This document shows, piece after piece, positions 51,082 through 61,318 of a stretch of 64,000 bases of DNA (positions are counted from its first letter, which is position 1; each line of letters begins with the position of its first letter). A program made the position numbers and the translations under genes. The notes below the pieces were generated by a model. That model was given only the letters and a program-made list of their open reading frames with translations. It ran no database searches and was not told the DNA's origin. The DNA is from a virus, in the IMG/VR virus record IMGVR_UViG_3300009149_000001, positions 1-64,000 of that record; one strand, given 5' to 3'.

Positions 51082-51324
51082 ATGCTGAACGATTACGTTA
51101 TAGATCAAGCAATGTTTGACTGTGGCGAGATTATCAGTTATGCAATGGTAATGCGTAGAGAGCTAATAAAGGCAATGAAAGATACTACAGATCTTGCAGA
51201 TTCAGTCTGTGAGATCATGGATGACTATCTTCCGGCCATTATGAGTACGGCTATGAAAATCAATGCAGAGCACCAAGAGGACATGAAAAACCTACTAGAA
51301 CACAAGTGTGAGGGCAACCTATGA
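51082..51324 (+). CDS. Hypothetical protein
   Basis: ORF in the early region. Confidence 0.55.
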   Translation: MLNDYVIDQAMFDCGEIISYAMVMRRELIKAMKDTTDLADSVCEIMDDYLPAIMSTAMKINAEHQEDMKNLLEHKCEGNL

Positions 51325-51686
51325 TCACTGTGGACGGTATGAGTCAAGCTGACTTAATCAAGTCGTTTGCTGGCTTAGAACAAACCGAGTTACCTACTAG
51401 AGGTGAAGTTAAATCACTCAAGTCACAGGGTAAAGTCAAGTCAAAGCGTCGTATTGCGATGATTCCAAAGCACAGAAAACCATCACAGGTTTCTGGTCAC
51501 AATTTGAACAAACGAATTGAGGCAGCAGACAAGCTATGGAAGAACACATGGATGTCACAACGAGGTGTCTTATTAAGACACGTTGGAGTCCAGTTCGACG
51601 AAGAGATGACAGCTTTAGCAAACTGTGTCGAGTGTCCCCAAATCGTGGTAGACTTTTTTATGAACCACGGAGGTCTAAAGAGATGA
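51321..51686 (+). CDS. Hypothetical protein carrying the N-terminal SFxxL motif of the wHTH paralogues
   Basis: DLIKSFAGLEQ. Confidence 0.6.
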   Translation: MITVDGMSQADLIKSFAGLEQTELPTRGEVKSLKSQGKVKSKRRIAMIPKHRKPSQVSGHNLNKRIEAADKLWKNTWMSQRGVLLRHVGVQFDEEMTALANCVECPQIVVDFFMNHGGLKR

Positions 51687-51753
51687 CCGATGAATATCAA
51701 GTTAGATCAGACATGGAACAAGTTAGAGCTATCATAGCAATGATAACTATTCC

Positions 51754-52074
51754 TTGTCTAAAGAGGAGGGAGGCATGAAGAGCTTTCCTAGTAAGTACAA
51801 AGGCAAGTGCAATACTTGCAATGGACCTATTCCAGCGGGCACCATGATCAACTGGTCCCGTGAATTAGGGGCATTCCATGTCAATTGTGAAGTCATTATT
51901 GATGGCAAATCACAGCAAACATTGGCAGATGAATGGGATCGTGAACACGCCAACGAACCAACTTGTTTAGATCGTTTCGAGGCAATGAGAGTCGATCCAG
52001 TGTACAAAGATGTACCAGAAGATGCAATCTATACCTATGCATCCCAGGATACGAGGAGGAATCCATACCGATGA
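51754..52074 (+). CDS. Zinc-binding hypothetical protein
   Basis: SKYKGKCNTC...I..G...HVNC; likely start at MKSF. Confidence 0.6.
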   Translation: MSKEEGGMKSFPSKYKGKCNTCNGPIPAGTMINWSRELGAFHVNCEVIIDGKSQQTLADEWDREHANEPTCLDRFEAMRVDPVYKDVPEDAIYTYASQDTRRNPYR

Positions 52075-52666
52075 CTCGTATCATGTGTGGTATTCATGGG
52101 GAGGTTGAGTCAACTACATGGGAAGGGGAACAAGTATGTCCTTGGCATCAAAGAGTGTCACAGTCCGAAGAAGGACCTGTCTTCATGTACGAAGAGTTCA
52201 ATCAGGATGGGGAAGAATGGTAGCACCACCCCTTAACATAGGAGAGAGAGAGGAGGACGGAGTCGTCCTTCAATGACCTTCAAACTTTTTTCTTATCATT
52301 TCATGCGAGTGTTCGAAGGAACATTCATTTTCACTAATGACGAGTTAGAGGAGGTGGGACTAGGATAGACGAACCATCACGAGTCGAATATAGTGGATAT
52401 GGCTACGACCACCACGGTATAGCAGTTACAGTAACACTTGAGGACATTGGCAAATATGCTGAAGAAGTCAAGAAAGAACTAAAGGAGACACATCCTGAGG
52501 GGTACACTGTAGCTACCATGATAGCTCAAACCGGGCTTTTCAAGTTACAAGATAACTTACCGTCGTGGTTAGACATAGACACGTCGGACTGTATGGAAAC
52601 ATACAGTGTCGACTGACGGCCTACTTTATATACATAGGGCAGGTAAATCTTGCCTAAATTTCAGTA

Positions 52667-52963
52667 ATGGAAGACACAGAATTACGAGACGCATACTGCG
52701 ACCTACTAAAGGCGATGTGTCACTTCAAAATCCAGGACAACAACTTAGTCATTACAATTGACTATAGTGATCCAGGGTTTGCGGAGTGGGACTATCTCAA
52801 ACTCACAGACAAGGCCTACAAGGAGACCATGAAAATGCTTTCAGAAGAAGGCAAGAAGATCTCTGATTGGGTCAGTGAGAACTTTAGAGTCAAGTATGTC
52901 GTACGCAAACCATGTAACTGTCATGTACATCATGACGAAGAATGTGACTCACTATCAATGTGA
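52667..52963 (+). CDS. Hypothetical protein
   Basis: ORF with upstream TATA. Confidence 0.55.
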   Translation: MEDTELRDAYCDLLKAMCHFKIQDNNLVITIDYSDPGFAEWDYLKLTDKAYKETMKMLSEEGKKISDWVSENFRVKYVVRKPCNCHVHHDEECDSLSM

Positions 52964-53452
52964 GCTACACCTTTTTTTCCTTGTCAAATATAACAGATCA
53001 TACAAGAGAGTGTCTTTGTCAAGATTGTGATAATGCTAAGGCTACGTTCTCATACGAACAGAGTCATGATGCAGATCCAATACTAATGGCAGTAGCACTG
53101 TTGTTAGATACACTTGATGTCAACAGCTGTACAGTTGTGGGCTATCGAGGCAATCATTGGACTATCGAGGATAGCAGAGGATGACTAGTAGTACATTAGT
53201 CAAACCAGTCTTCCCCGAAATTCCAGACAAAGACGCAAAAGAATTACTTGTCGAACTCTATGTCACTAGTGGCAGAAAGAGAGGAGCAAGACACACAGCT
53301 GACGGTACCAACTGTCCTAAGCATAGGAGAAACTGGTATCTCAAATCCAAAGGAATGCCTACGGGCTTCTAATTTCTTTTTTTCCTAAGTGTGGCAGTAG
53401 ATAAATATTTAAATATAATAAAAAGAAATAATAGTATCAATAAATAATACTT

Positions 53453-53605
53453 ATGAGCGAAGCACAAACGTCATTATTCGTTAAGTTAAGTTCAGATAGG
53501 CATGTAAAACTAAAGACCTATACAGCTCTAAACGGTCAATCGATGGTACAAGTCATCGAGGACTGGATAGACACATTGAACTTTAACTTTAAGAAAAATG
53601 ACTGA
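53453..53605 (+). CDS. Ribbon-helix-helix protein (50 aa)
   Basis: TSLFVKLSSDRHVKLKTYTALNGQSMVQVIEDWID; upstream TATA. Confidence 0.75.
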   Translation: MSEAQTSLFVKLSSDRHVKLKTYTALNGQSMVQVIEDWIDTLNFNFKKND

Positions 53606-53990
53606 AATAATAAGGGCTAATGCGGAATATTCATTAGGTCCAGGAGATTACAGCAGGTGTGAGTATTGTAAAAACAATGCTAAACACACTCATGGCAGTG
53701 ATCCTCAACCTATCAATATGAAACCATTAAGCAGATACAAAATGATCAGTGAGCTTAAGAAGTTTTGTGATGAAGGCGAACAAGCCTTCTTCAAAAAATC
53801 AGAAGAGTTCGAAGGTCAGGAATCTGGAACAGGTATATGGACTGGCGGTGAAGGAAGTCCATCCAAAGATGAGATGGGCTTGTGGAACTACTGGGGAGAA
53901 AACCATCCAGAGATTGATCAATTCCTCGAGACGAGGGGTTGGTACCAAGAATGGTATGATGCAGGAACAGTTATGCTGTATCCCATCTAA
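53598..53990 (+). CDS. Hypothetical protein
   Basis: HPEIDQFL..RGWY.EWYDAGT motif common in viral proteins; T-tract terminator. Confidence 0.65.
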   Translation: MTEIIRANAEYSLGPGDYSRCEYCKNNAKHTHGSDPQPINMKPLSRYKMISELKKFCDEGEQAFFKKSEEFEGQESGTGIWTGGEGSPSKDEMGLWNYWGENHPEIDQFLETRGWYQEWYDAGTVMLYPI

Positions 53991-54411
53991 CCTATTTTTT
54001 CTTGCAAACATATATAGACAGTACGGGTAATGATACAGGTATCATTATCCACAAACCAGAGCCTACTATGTATACAATGGTGAATGGATATCGCATCAAA
54101 AATTGGTGTGGATTCGGTTCAAAGTGTCCAGATAGGTGTCTCTTTCTCTCACACCCAGAGGTGTTGGAGGAAATATTCGATTCAGAGCGTAACAACCTCT
54201 AATCACTTTTTTACTTATGGAAACTAAACACGCACAAGCTATCAGGGAGACACAATGGTGTCTTCAAGAGGCATATAAGGAAGCAATACGAGTCAGTGGT
54301 ATAACAGATTGGTCTGATCACGAACAAGAAGACAAGGTGTTATTAAATAGACACGTTGAAGTCTTGCAAGTAGAAATTGCAAAGATGCTTCAAACAGCAC
54401 TTCACAGTTAA

Positions 54412-54630
54412 CATAGTTCCCAAACTTGAGCAAGTTCTACGACGACAGTCGTTACTAAGAACCTCTACGATCGAGTCGGAACGGTTAAACAACGTATTAG
54501 GAACAAATCCGGTATAAACTACAAGACACTATCCCTGTATGTAATACAGATAAGGACAAAGTTATGCCTAAACTTCCGAAGAAGTTCCACTCCAGAGTTA
54601 AGCGATGAAGGAGTAGGGCCGGAGATTACA
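54412..54630 (+). ncRNA. Candidate structured RNA, about 220 nt
   Basis: AACTT/AAGTT, AACTTC-CGAA-GAAGTT, CTGTAT/ATACAG, ACTCC/GGAGT, TCCGG/CCGGA; no ORF. Confidence 0.5.
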
Positions 54631-54633
54631 GTA

Positions 54634-54936
54634 ATGAATATATCAGACATTATAGACGAGTGCTATAAGTGTGAACCATATCGCAAGCTTGAGAGAGCTT
54701 GTCTAAATGGTCCTGTGAAATACGAATATTCGTGTTCAGAGGAAACACAAGAAGCACTCGAAGAAGCTGATCCAACAGGTAGAGCGTTGGAGGCAAAGTG
54801 TACAAACTTAGCAGAAGTACAGGCAGCAGATGCAATCAGTGAAGAAGCATTGCACAAGCATGTTCTCGTTTGTACAGAGCATGGATGTACTCTATTAAGA
54901 GAGTATAGACACGAGCTAAAAGTTCCGGGTTATTAA
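54634..54936 (+). CDS. Cys-containing hypothetical protein
   Basis: ORF in the early region. Confidence 0.55.
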   Translation: MNISDIIDECYKCEPYRKLERACLNGPVKYEYSCSEETQEALEEADPTGRALEAKCTNLAEVQAADAISEEALHKHVLVCTEHGCTLLREYRHELKVPGY

Positions 54937-54988
54937 CCCACATTTTTGATGAACGTATCAACGATTCATAACGGAGGATACTAACGGT

Positions 54989-55372
54989 ATGAAAGTACCT
55001 GCAGCATTCTTCGAAGTTAGCCCTCACTGGGCTAAAGCAATTAGTGAAGCAAAGACAGTAAAAGAACTATCTGGCAATAAAGATAGTGGCGGATCAGTCC
55101 GAGAATTTGGCGATCGCTCTATTCAAAATGCACAGAGCTGTATAGTCGGCGAAGCACACCACAATACATTCAAGTGGGGTAGCTGCCAAGAATGCGATGC
55201 ATTCAGCAGTCGATTCGGTGACATTCTCACAGGAGAATTAGACACCAAAGGCAATAGAAAACAACAGTTAGTTCAAAATATCACTGACTTCACATCTCAT
55301 TGGAGAGAGGAGCACAATCCTTTAGTTCACTTAGACATTGAAACTGAAGATGAGCTTCCAGTCATACCTTGA
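54989..55372 (+). CDS. Hypothetical protein
   Basis: CIVGEAH...C..C...H motif. Confidence 0.6.
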   Translation: MKVPAAFFEVSPHWAKAISEAKTVKELSGNKDSGGSVREFGDRSIQNAQSCIVGEAHHNTFKWGSCQECDAFSSRFGDILTGELDTKGNRKQQLVQNITDFTSHWREEHNPLVHLDIETEDELPVIP

Positions 55373-55647
55373 ATAGTGTGACATCCAAACTTTTTATTAA
55401 AAGTTTCGAGACATTGCTTAAAGGTTATAACGACTCATACGGTCGAATGACAGATGACAACATGACAAAACTTGTTCCAACCGTCAAGAAAGACGGTGAC
55501 AACTATAACATATGGAATACAGATGATCGAGTAATGGGTCACGTGTTAATCGAATTAGTCATAGCTGCAACAAAACATATGTGCGGTGGCTCATACTATG
55601 TCGATTATAACCAAACAGCCAAGAGATTGGAAATCCATATTTTTTAA
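55369..55647 (+). CDS. Hypothetical protein
   Basis: TTGA-coupled ORF. Confidence 0.55.
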   Translation: MNSVTSKLFIKSFETLLKGYNDSYGRMTDDNMTKLVPTVKKDGDNYNIWNTDDRVMGHVLIELVIAATKHMCGGSYYVDYNQTAKRLEIHIF

Positions 55648-55649
55648 GG

Positions 55650-56290
55650 CCCAGAGTACTAACACTACCTGGAATGTTTTAAAGAAAGACACAGCGACCT
55701 CGACTTGATTTCGAGCGAGAGTTCCTGGGGAGACAGAGTAAGCTAGTCAAATGATTAGTCCTACCCCTTCCGAATATACAATGAGCGATCTAGTTCAGCC
55801 AAAAACATACCTAACTCTGATCATAAACGGATAATGCCGCATGAACAGCAGTACACACTAGTGGGATAAGTTGGTTGCTTCCCATACAGGCAGAATGACC
55901 TCGTTTGAGTATAATAGAGAATGGTCAAGTGAGTTAAGGGCATCTATGCCACCGTCGATTAGGACCTTAAACCGACGATATTAAATAGATAGCGTGCATA
56001 CTCTTACAAAAAGGCGCGTACGGCGAATCAGTAAATACTTTTGTATGGATGTAATAGATTCAGTCAGGAGGTTGAAGGCACATCACCAACAACCTTAGGC
56101 TGGGTCGATGATTTATAGTCATTAAGATGTAGCAGTTGCAACTGTGCGAACTGAGATAACTTCTTTCGTGGCAGGTGTATTAAAGCAGAGGCCTTGTGGA
56201 GCGGGGTATGAGCAACAACAACTCATAATCCGTGTCGAAACATGGTTGCTGGGGAGATCACCTTTCACCACTTCTATTAAACACCTTTAA
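55650..56290 (+). ncRNA. Large ornate structured ncRNA candidate, about 640 nt (ROOL/GOLLD-like)
   Basis: More than 10 helices readable by eye with + strand G-U pairs; no credible ORF; more GC-rich than the flanks. Confidence 0.68.
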
Positions 56291-56343
56291 CCTATTATGG
56301 ACATTAGATAAATCTTTATATAATATAAAAATTAATAATACTT

Positions 56344-56637
56344 ATGAAAGAAAAATCCGAGAGCTCGGTAATAGCTTCTTTCAAAGAACTAGAGGGTCAA
56401 ACACCTGTTGTGTCACAATCAGCAGGCCAATTGATTCTATCTATTGCAAAGAAAGCACCTAAAACAGCTTTCAACCAAAAGATGTTCAGAGAAAAAATGC
56501 TAGAGATTGAAGGAGCTGCAACAAGCAATCCTGCAATTAATGGAGCCTTAAGAAAATTAGCCGATGGTGGTCTTATCGAAAGAGAAGTCCAAGGGAAGCA
56601 TGTCTTTTACAGACATATTAAAGCAACAACAAAATAG
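56344..56637 (+). CDS. wHTH protein, paralogue 4 (divergent)
   Basis: VIASFKELEGQ...FNQK...SNPAINGALRKL...LIER...FYR. Confidence 0.8.
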   Translation: MKEKSESSVIASFKELEGQTPVVSQSAGQLILSIAKKAPKTAFNQKMFREKMLEIEGAATSNPAINGALRKLADGGLIEREVQGKHVFYRHIKATTK

Positions 56638-56684
56638 TCAAAGTCAAGTAAAACTTAAACTTTGAATTATTTTTTTTTTTAATT

Positions 56685-56939
56685 ATGAGCGTTAAAAATA
56701 ATATTAGCATATTGGGTGTTGGATCCATTATTATTGGTCTTATATCATGGTCATTTAGTCTATGGGTAGAAGGTTTCTACTTCATACTAATTGGTCTTGC
56801 TATGGCAGTAATCCAGATGTTCTGGGGTACTTCAGGCAAATTCCAAGAAGTATTGGATAAGCACACAGGTGCATATGATCATGAACTTAGTAACAGTCCA
56901 AAGGACAAACCAACAAAGCCACAGAGGAGACAGTGGTAG
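56685..56939 (+). CDS. Two-TM membrane protein
   Basis: Two hydrophobic helices; coupled to the ATPase. Confidence 0.65.
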   Translation: MSVKNNISILGVGSIIIGLISWSFSLWVEGFYFILIGLAMAVIQMFWGTSGKFQEVLDKHTGAYDHELSNSPKDKPTKPQRRQW

Positions 56940-57907
56940 GTTTTCTTAATATAGGTACAAGGTTACCTGAAGAGTATATTACAAGACGATGTGCCATACT
57001 GGCAAAAGTCGATTCTGGTAAAACATATACTGCAGGTAAGATTCAAGAGCAGATGGCCAAGAAAGGTTTACCCTTTGTGGTCATAGATCCAATGGGAGCT
57101 CATTGGGGTATCAGGACTAAATATCCTGTGTTAATCCTAGGTGGTGCTCATGGAGATCTTGAACTTCAGCCTGGGGATGGAAGGTACATAGCCGGTTTGG
57201 TTGTGGCCCAAAATCTCACTTGCATCCTTGATATCAATGAGTTTTCAAAGGACAATCAGCAAAGATTTGCAGCTGACTTTGGAGACGAACTTTTCCTATT
57301 GCACAAGAAGACATCTAGTCCAAGACATCTATTCTGGGAGGAAGCCGATATATTCGCACCCCAGAGAGGAACTGCTATGTCATTGCAGGTCTTGGATACC
57401 TTAGTTAGACGGGGACGGCAATTCGGGCTGGGCAGTACACTTATCACCCAGCGTCCAGCCGTTCTCAATAAAGACGTATTAACACAAGCAGACATTTACT
57501 TATTCCTAAACATTATCGAGGAGGGAGCAATCAAGGTAGTAAAAGATCTACTGTCAGTTGTATCCAAAGAAGAGCGTAAGATGTACATAGACAGTATGAA
57601 AGCCTTCAAAAAAGGCGAGATGTTGTTATATAGTCCAGCTTGGTTGCAGAAGATTAAGATCTTCCAAGGAGCAAAGAAGGAGACATACCACGCAGGAGCA
57701 ACACCGGTATATGGGGAGACTCAAAAGATTCCCACTCTATTGAAATACGAAACAATGCATATTAAAAATGCGTTGAATAAATTAGCAGGTAATGAGGAAG
57801 AGTGTAACAGCAGGCCAATCATTGAGGAGAAAGACCTTAAAGCCTTGAAACCGGTTATATTCATTTCAGCAGCTATAATAGCAGTAACAATGGCGATGAT
57901 ACTATGA
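56933..57907 (+). CDS. HerA/FtsK-family ATPase (DUF87/DUF853-like) with C-terminal TM anchor
   Basis: AKVDSGKT, VIDPMG, EEADIFAP, RRGRQFG, ITQRPA; hydrophobic C-terminus. Confidence 0.9.
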   Translation: MVGFLNIGTRLPEEYITRRCAILAKVDSGKTYTAGKIQEQMAKKGLPFVVIDPMGAHWGIRTKYPVLILGGAHGDLELQPGDGRYIAGLVVAQNLTCILDINEFSKDNQQRFAADFGDELFLLHKKTSSPRHLFWEEADIFAPQRGTAMSLQVLDTLVRRGRQFGLGSTLITQRPAVLNKDVLTQADIYLFLNIIEEGAIKVVKDLLSVVSKEERKMYIDSMKAFKKGEMLLYSPAWLQKIKIFQGAKKETYHAGATPVYGETQKIPTLLKYETMHIKNALNKLAGNEEECNSRPIIEEKDLKALKPVIFISAAIIAVTMAMIL

Positions 57908-58215
57908 GAATTAATGAACTAGAAGAAGCAAGACTTCGTGAGCTATACGAACAAGCCAACGATAAAGATGATGATCCATCCTGGCAACTAATTCGTAGCT
58001 ACTACGATACATTAGGTAAGAAGTATGGCTTTGATCCAAGACGTGTTATGATTAATACAAAGGGTGAGGTTACAAAGAGGTCTTACGAGACAGTGTATGT
58101 AGTACATGACTCAGCCAAGTCAGTACCAATAGCAGTATATAGAACTAAACAACAAGCTATGGAACATAGCATGAATGAGCCAACACTTCATTGGGATGAG
58201 GTTGGTCTTTACTAA
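57904..58215 (+). CDS. Hypothetical protein
   Basis: ORF coupled to the ATPase. Confidence 0.6.
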   Translation: MRINELEEARLRELYEQANDKDDDPSWQLIRSYYDTLGKKYGFDPRRVMINTKGEVTKRSYETVYVVHDSAKSVPIAVYRTKQQAMEHSMNEPTLHWDEVGLY

Positions 58216-58419
58216 CTTTAACTTGGAAAATAAAAAATTATTTGAATTGGTCGTCGTAAGACGAGTAAGAGATGGCAAACTTAAATGTGAGTTTGAAACA
58301 GAGTTAACCTGTGATGATAATGTTGATGTATTCAATGTTATCGAGCAGCTTAACAATTCTATCACGAGATGCTTCAATGTATTACGTGAAAAGCCAATAA
58401 CAGATTTACAGTAAACGAT

Positions 58420-58680
58420 TACAAGGCAGGATCCAGGTCTCAGACCTAACGTAGGATATACGGAAAACCCAGTGCCGAAAATATCATAAGTTTACAAAGG
58501 AGTCGGAAGAAAGCATGCATTGATAGAGTTCCACACGAGCCCCTTAGTGCGTATCCTTTCGACCCTTTATTCCAGTTAACAGACGGTAGTATTAATTACA
58601 CTACCAGTTGACAGTAGATCTGACTAGTCATGATGACGCATTTAGCTATGTAAGCCGGTACATCCCACTACTCAGACTAC
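58420..58680 (+). ncRNA. Candidate structured RNA, about 260 nt
   Basis: AGGTC/GACCT; long stem AAAGG.GTCGGAAG/CTTTCGACCCTTT; GGTAGT/ACTACC inside GTTAAC/GTTGAC. Confidence 0.52.
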
Positions 58681-58961
58681 TATATTACAATGAACTATTT
58701 AATACAATGCGCTTATGGTGACACAGAATGTGATCCAGAGGGCAATGAACCAAAACAGATGTGTGATGAACACAGCAGGGATTGGCATGACGCAAGAGCG
58801 GAGTCGTACAATGACCTTGATTAGAGGCCTAAAATGTTAGCCATAGGTAACGGCGAGAAGTGTCCTTGGTGTGATTTAATTGTCACTGAGGATACAGATG
58901 TTACTACACACATGACGGAGAATCATAGGACAGAGTTTATGAAGGAGGTCTTCGGAAACTA

Positions 58962-59252
58962 ATGTTTCAAGATCCTTATCTCCCTCCTGGGTGTACAACA
59001 TCAATGTGTGAACCAGATGATGATCCATGTGCAAGATGTGGACATTTTTACAGTGCACACTATGATCCAGATAGCGGTGAGGTAATAGCATTACCTTGTC
59101 AGCGAGATCATATAGGTTATGATGCTGAAGGTCCTGAGCTTAACTCAGAGGGCGAAGTAGTACATGCATGTGATGCTGTTATTAATAATCGAACTAAAGA
59201 ACAATGCGAATGCGAAGGTTACTTAGAGGGAGAGTATTGTCCTGATGAGTAA
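58962..59252 (+). CDS. Cys-rich acidic protein
   Basis: CARCGH...H...C..CEC. Confidence 0.55.
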   Translation: MFQDPYLPPGCTTSMCEPDDDPCARCGHFYSAHYDPDSGEVIALPCQRDHIGYDAEGPELNSEGEVVHACDAVINNRTKEQCECEGYLEGEYCPDE

Positions 59253-59815
59253 TTGTGCATGTGGCGCGAATCATGTGGATGAGGGGTTTAAATTATGAAC
59301 GAATATAAAAATCATATCTTTCTAATTGAGAGTAAGACCGAGTCAGTGGTTGAGGTAACCTTCAAACAAGCTTTAATCGGACTTGAGTGGTACAATCGGG
59401 ATATAGATATTACTGATAGTTTAGCACTTGGTGCTGAGTATTTCACTCGATGTTTTCCAGAGCTATGTATGGATACAGAAGATACACATAGTGAGGTAAC
59501 AGGTATCATAGGACCAGTAAATCTTGTTGAGTGATCAAGAAATATTCACACATCTACGTCATGATATTAGACTTAGAGAAAAAAATCTAATTTGTTTAGA
59601 TTGTAAAATAATATTATCACGCTGGGACGAGTGAGAGAGAGACACATACTAATGAACGAATCAAATGAATGTCAAGCAACTGATTGTCAGAATATAGGAC
59701 ACCGAGTGAAGGCTGTAATAGCCTTTGATGACAAACCTGATGAGATACATACAATATGGTATTGTCAGATGCATCAATCCTTAACTGCAGCTCGTAAAGG
59801 GTTTAAAAATTAGAC

Positions 59816-60001
59816 TTGACCGATTTTACAGAAAAAGAAATAGAGGTCTTCGAGTTCCTAGACAATCTTAGGGAATCCGGAGTTACGAATATGTTTGGTG
59901 CAGGATCATACATTAAGGAATCATTCCCTGATGTAAATTCAACCAAATATCTGTCCAAATGGATGGAAACATTCGAAGAAAGATACCCAAATGGCGATTA
60001 G
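59816..60001 (+). CDS. Small conserved viral protein (DUF5049-like)
   Basis: FLDNLRESGVTNMFGA. Confidence 0.7.
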   Translation: MTDFTEKEIEVFEFLDNLRESGVTNMFGAGSYIKESFPDVNSTKYLSKWMETFEERYPNGD

Positions 60002-60679
60002 ATACATAACTATATCTAATCCCTAAACCTTTTTTTCTAATAAATTCAATATATTATCATGATAGGTATTAAAGAATCAATTCACAGCGCATTAATTACT
60101 TTGGTACTTAACAGAGAACAAGGCAAGAATTGCTTTGCACAGTTTCAATGTGAGTATTGTATGAACAAATGTACTATACCCCGAGAGGGAGAGAGTAAGT
60201 CTATATTAGGTTGTTGTCGATGTAGTGAAACAAACTATTTGACCGAGTACGAAGTGATAATAACATGAGATTAAACAATGACAATTGTTACATATATTGT
60301 AACAAGAAAACCATGCCCGGTAGATTCTATATGCAAGTCTACTTAGGGGAAGGGGTTTCGAATACTACTGAAGCATGGAAAGCGATACAATTAATAATAC
60401 AGAACCAGAAGTAGAGTGGACAGAAACTAAACATATGATGTTTTGTGAAAGTCAAATCAACTTAGCAGGCCGGTGTACCGGATGTAGGTGTAAGTGTCAT
60501 CGCTCCTAGATGTAGAGGTATATGTCACCGTACACAGGTGGGATTTAAAATGTATTCACATGCCAAGTTTTGTTCTAAATGTAAATGGTGGAGACCAAGG
60601 GAGAACACCTTCTGTGAGTGTTGCACTCAAATATTAAGAAGCAGACCGCGATCATATAATAATGGAACGAATATAACTT

Positions 60680-61318
60680 ATGAAATCAAAAGAATCGAAA
60701 ACAGCGAAAAAGGATTTGTCACTCCCCACAGGTGAGGCTCAAATTGAGACTTGTCACTTGGGTATACCTATTACAGAGTATGAGAGGGATAGCATAGATG
60801 AATCATCCTATATCCATGAACACCTTACAACCTTAAACTTTATAGTAAAAGAGTTTAATTGTAAAAATATCCTAGAGATAGGTACAGGTCCTGGTGAAAG
60901 CTTAATGGCTATGTCAGAAAATAATCCACATGCACATATAACATCAGTTGATATTGAATATGCCCATAAAGCTTATGATAAATTGATGTTTAGGATGCAT
61001 AATATGTATAATGACTATCCTCTTAACAATGTGACCTTTATTAAAGGTGACTCGGCTAAATTAGATATGTTAGCTTGGTGGGATTTAGTATTGATAGACG
61101 GTGGACATACATATGCTCAAGTTAAAAAAGATATAACACAAGTGCAATCATGGGTTAAAGATGGAGGATTTATGATATTTCACGATGTAACTAATCCAGC
61201 TTGGCCTGGTGTACGTAAAGCAGTTGAAGAGTATTTAGAGAAAGACCATACTTGGACTAGATACCAATGGTTTAACTGTAATGGTCTTCTAGTATTAAGG
61301 AGAGAATTAGTTGACTGA
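60680..61318 (+). CDS. Class I SAM methyltransferase (Methyltransf_24-like)
   Basis: ILEIGTGPG, SVD, GDS, LIDGGHTY, GGFMIFHD, WPGV. Confidence 0.9.
   Translation: MKSKESKTAKKDLSLPTGEAQIETCHLGIPITEYERDSIDESSYIHEHLTTLNFIVKEFNCKNILEIGTGPGESLMAMSENNPHAHITSVDIEYAHKAYDKLMFRMHNMYNDYPLNNVTFIKGDSAKLDMLAWWDLVLIDGGHTYAQVKKDITQVQSWVKDGGFMIFHDVTNPAWPGVRKAVEEYLEKDHTWTRYQWFNCNGLLVLRRELVD

Noticed and set aside
55650-56290. tRNA cluster, RNase P RNA or self-splicing intron
   Set aside because: No cloverleaf with a T-loop, no GAGGAAAGTCC, and no interrupted host gene seen by eye
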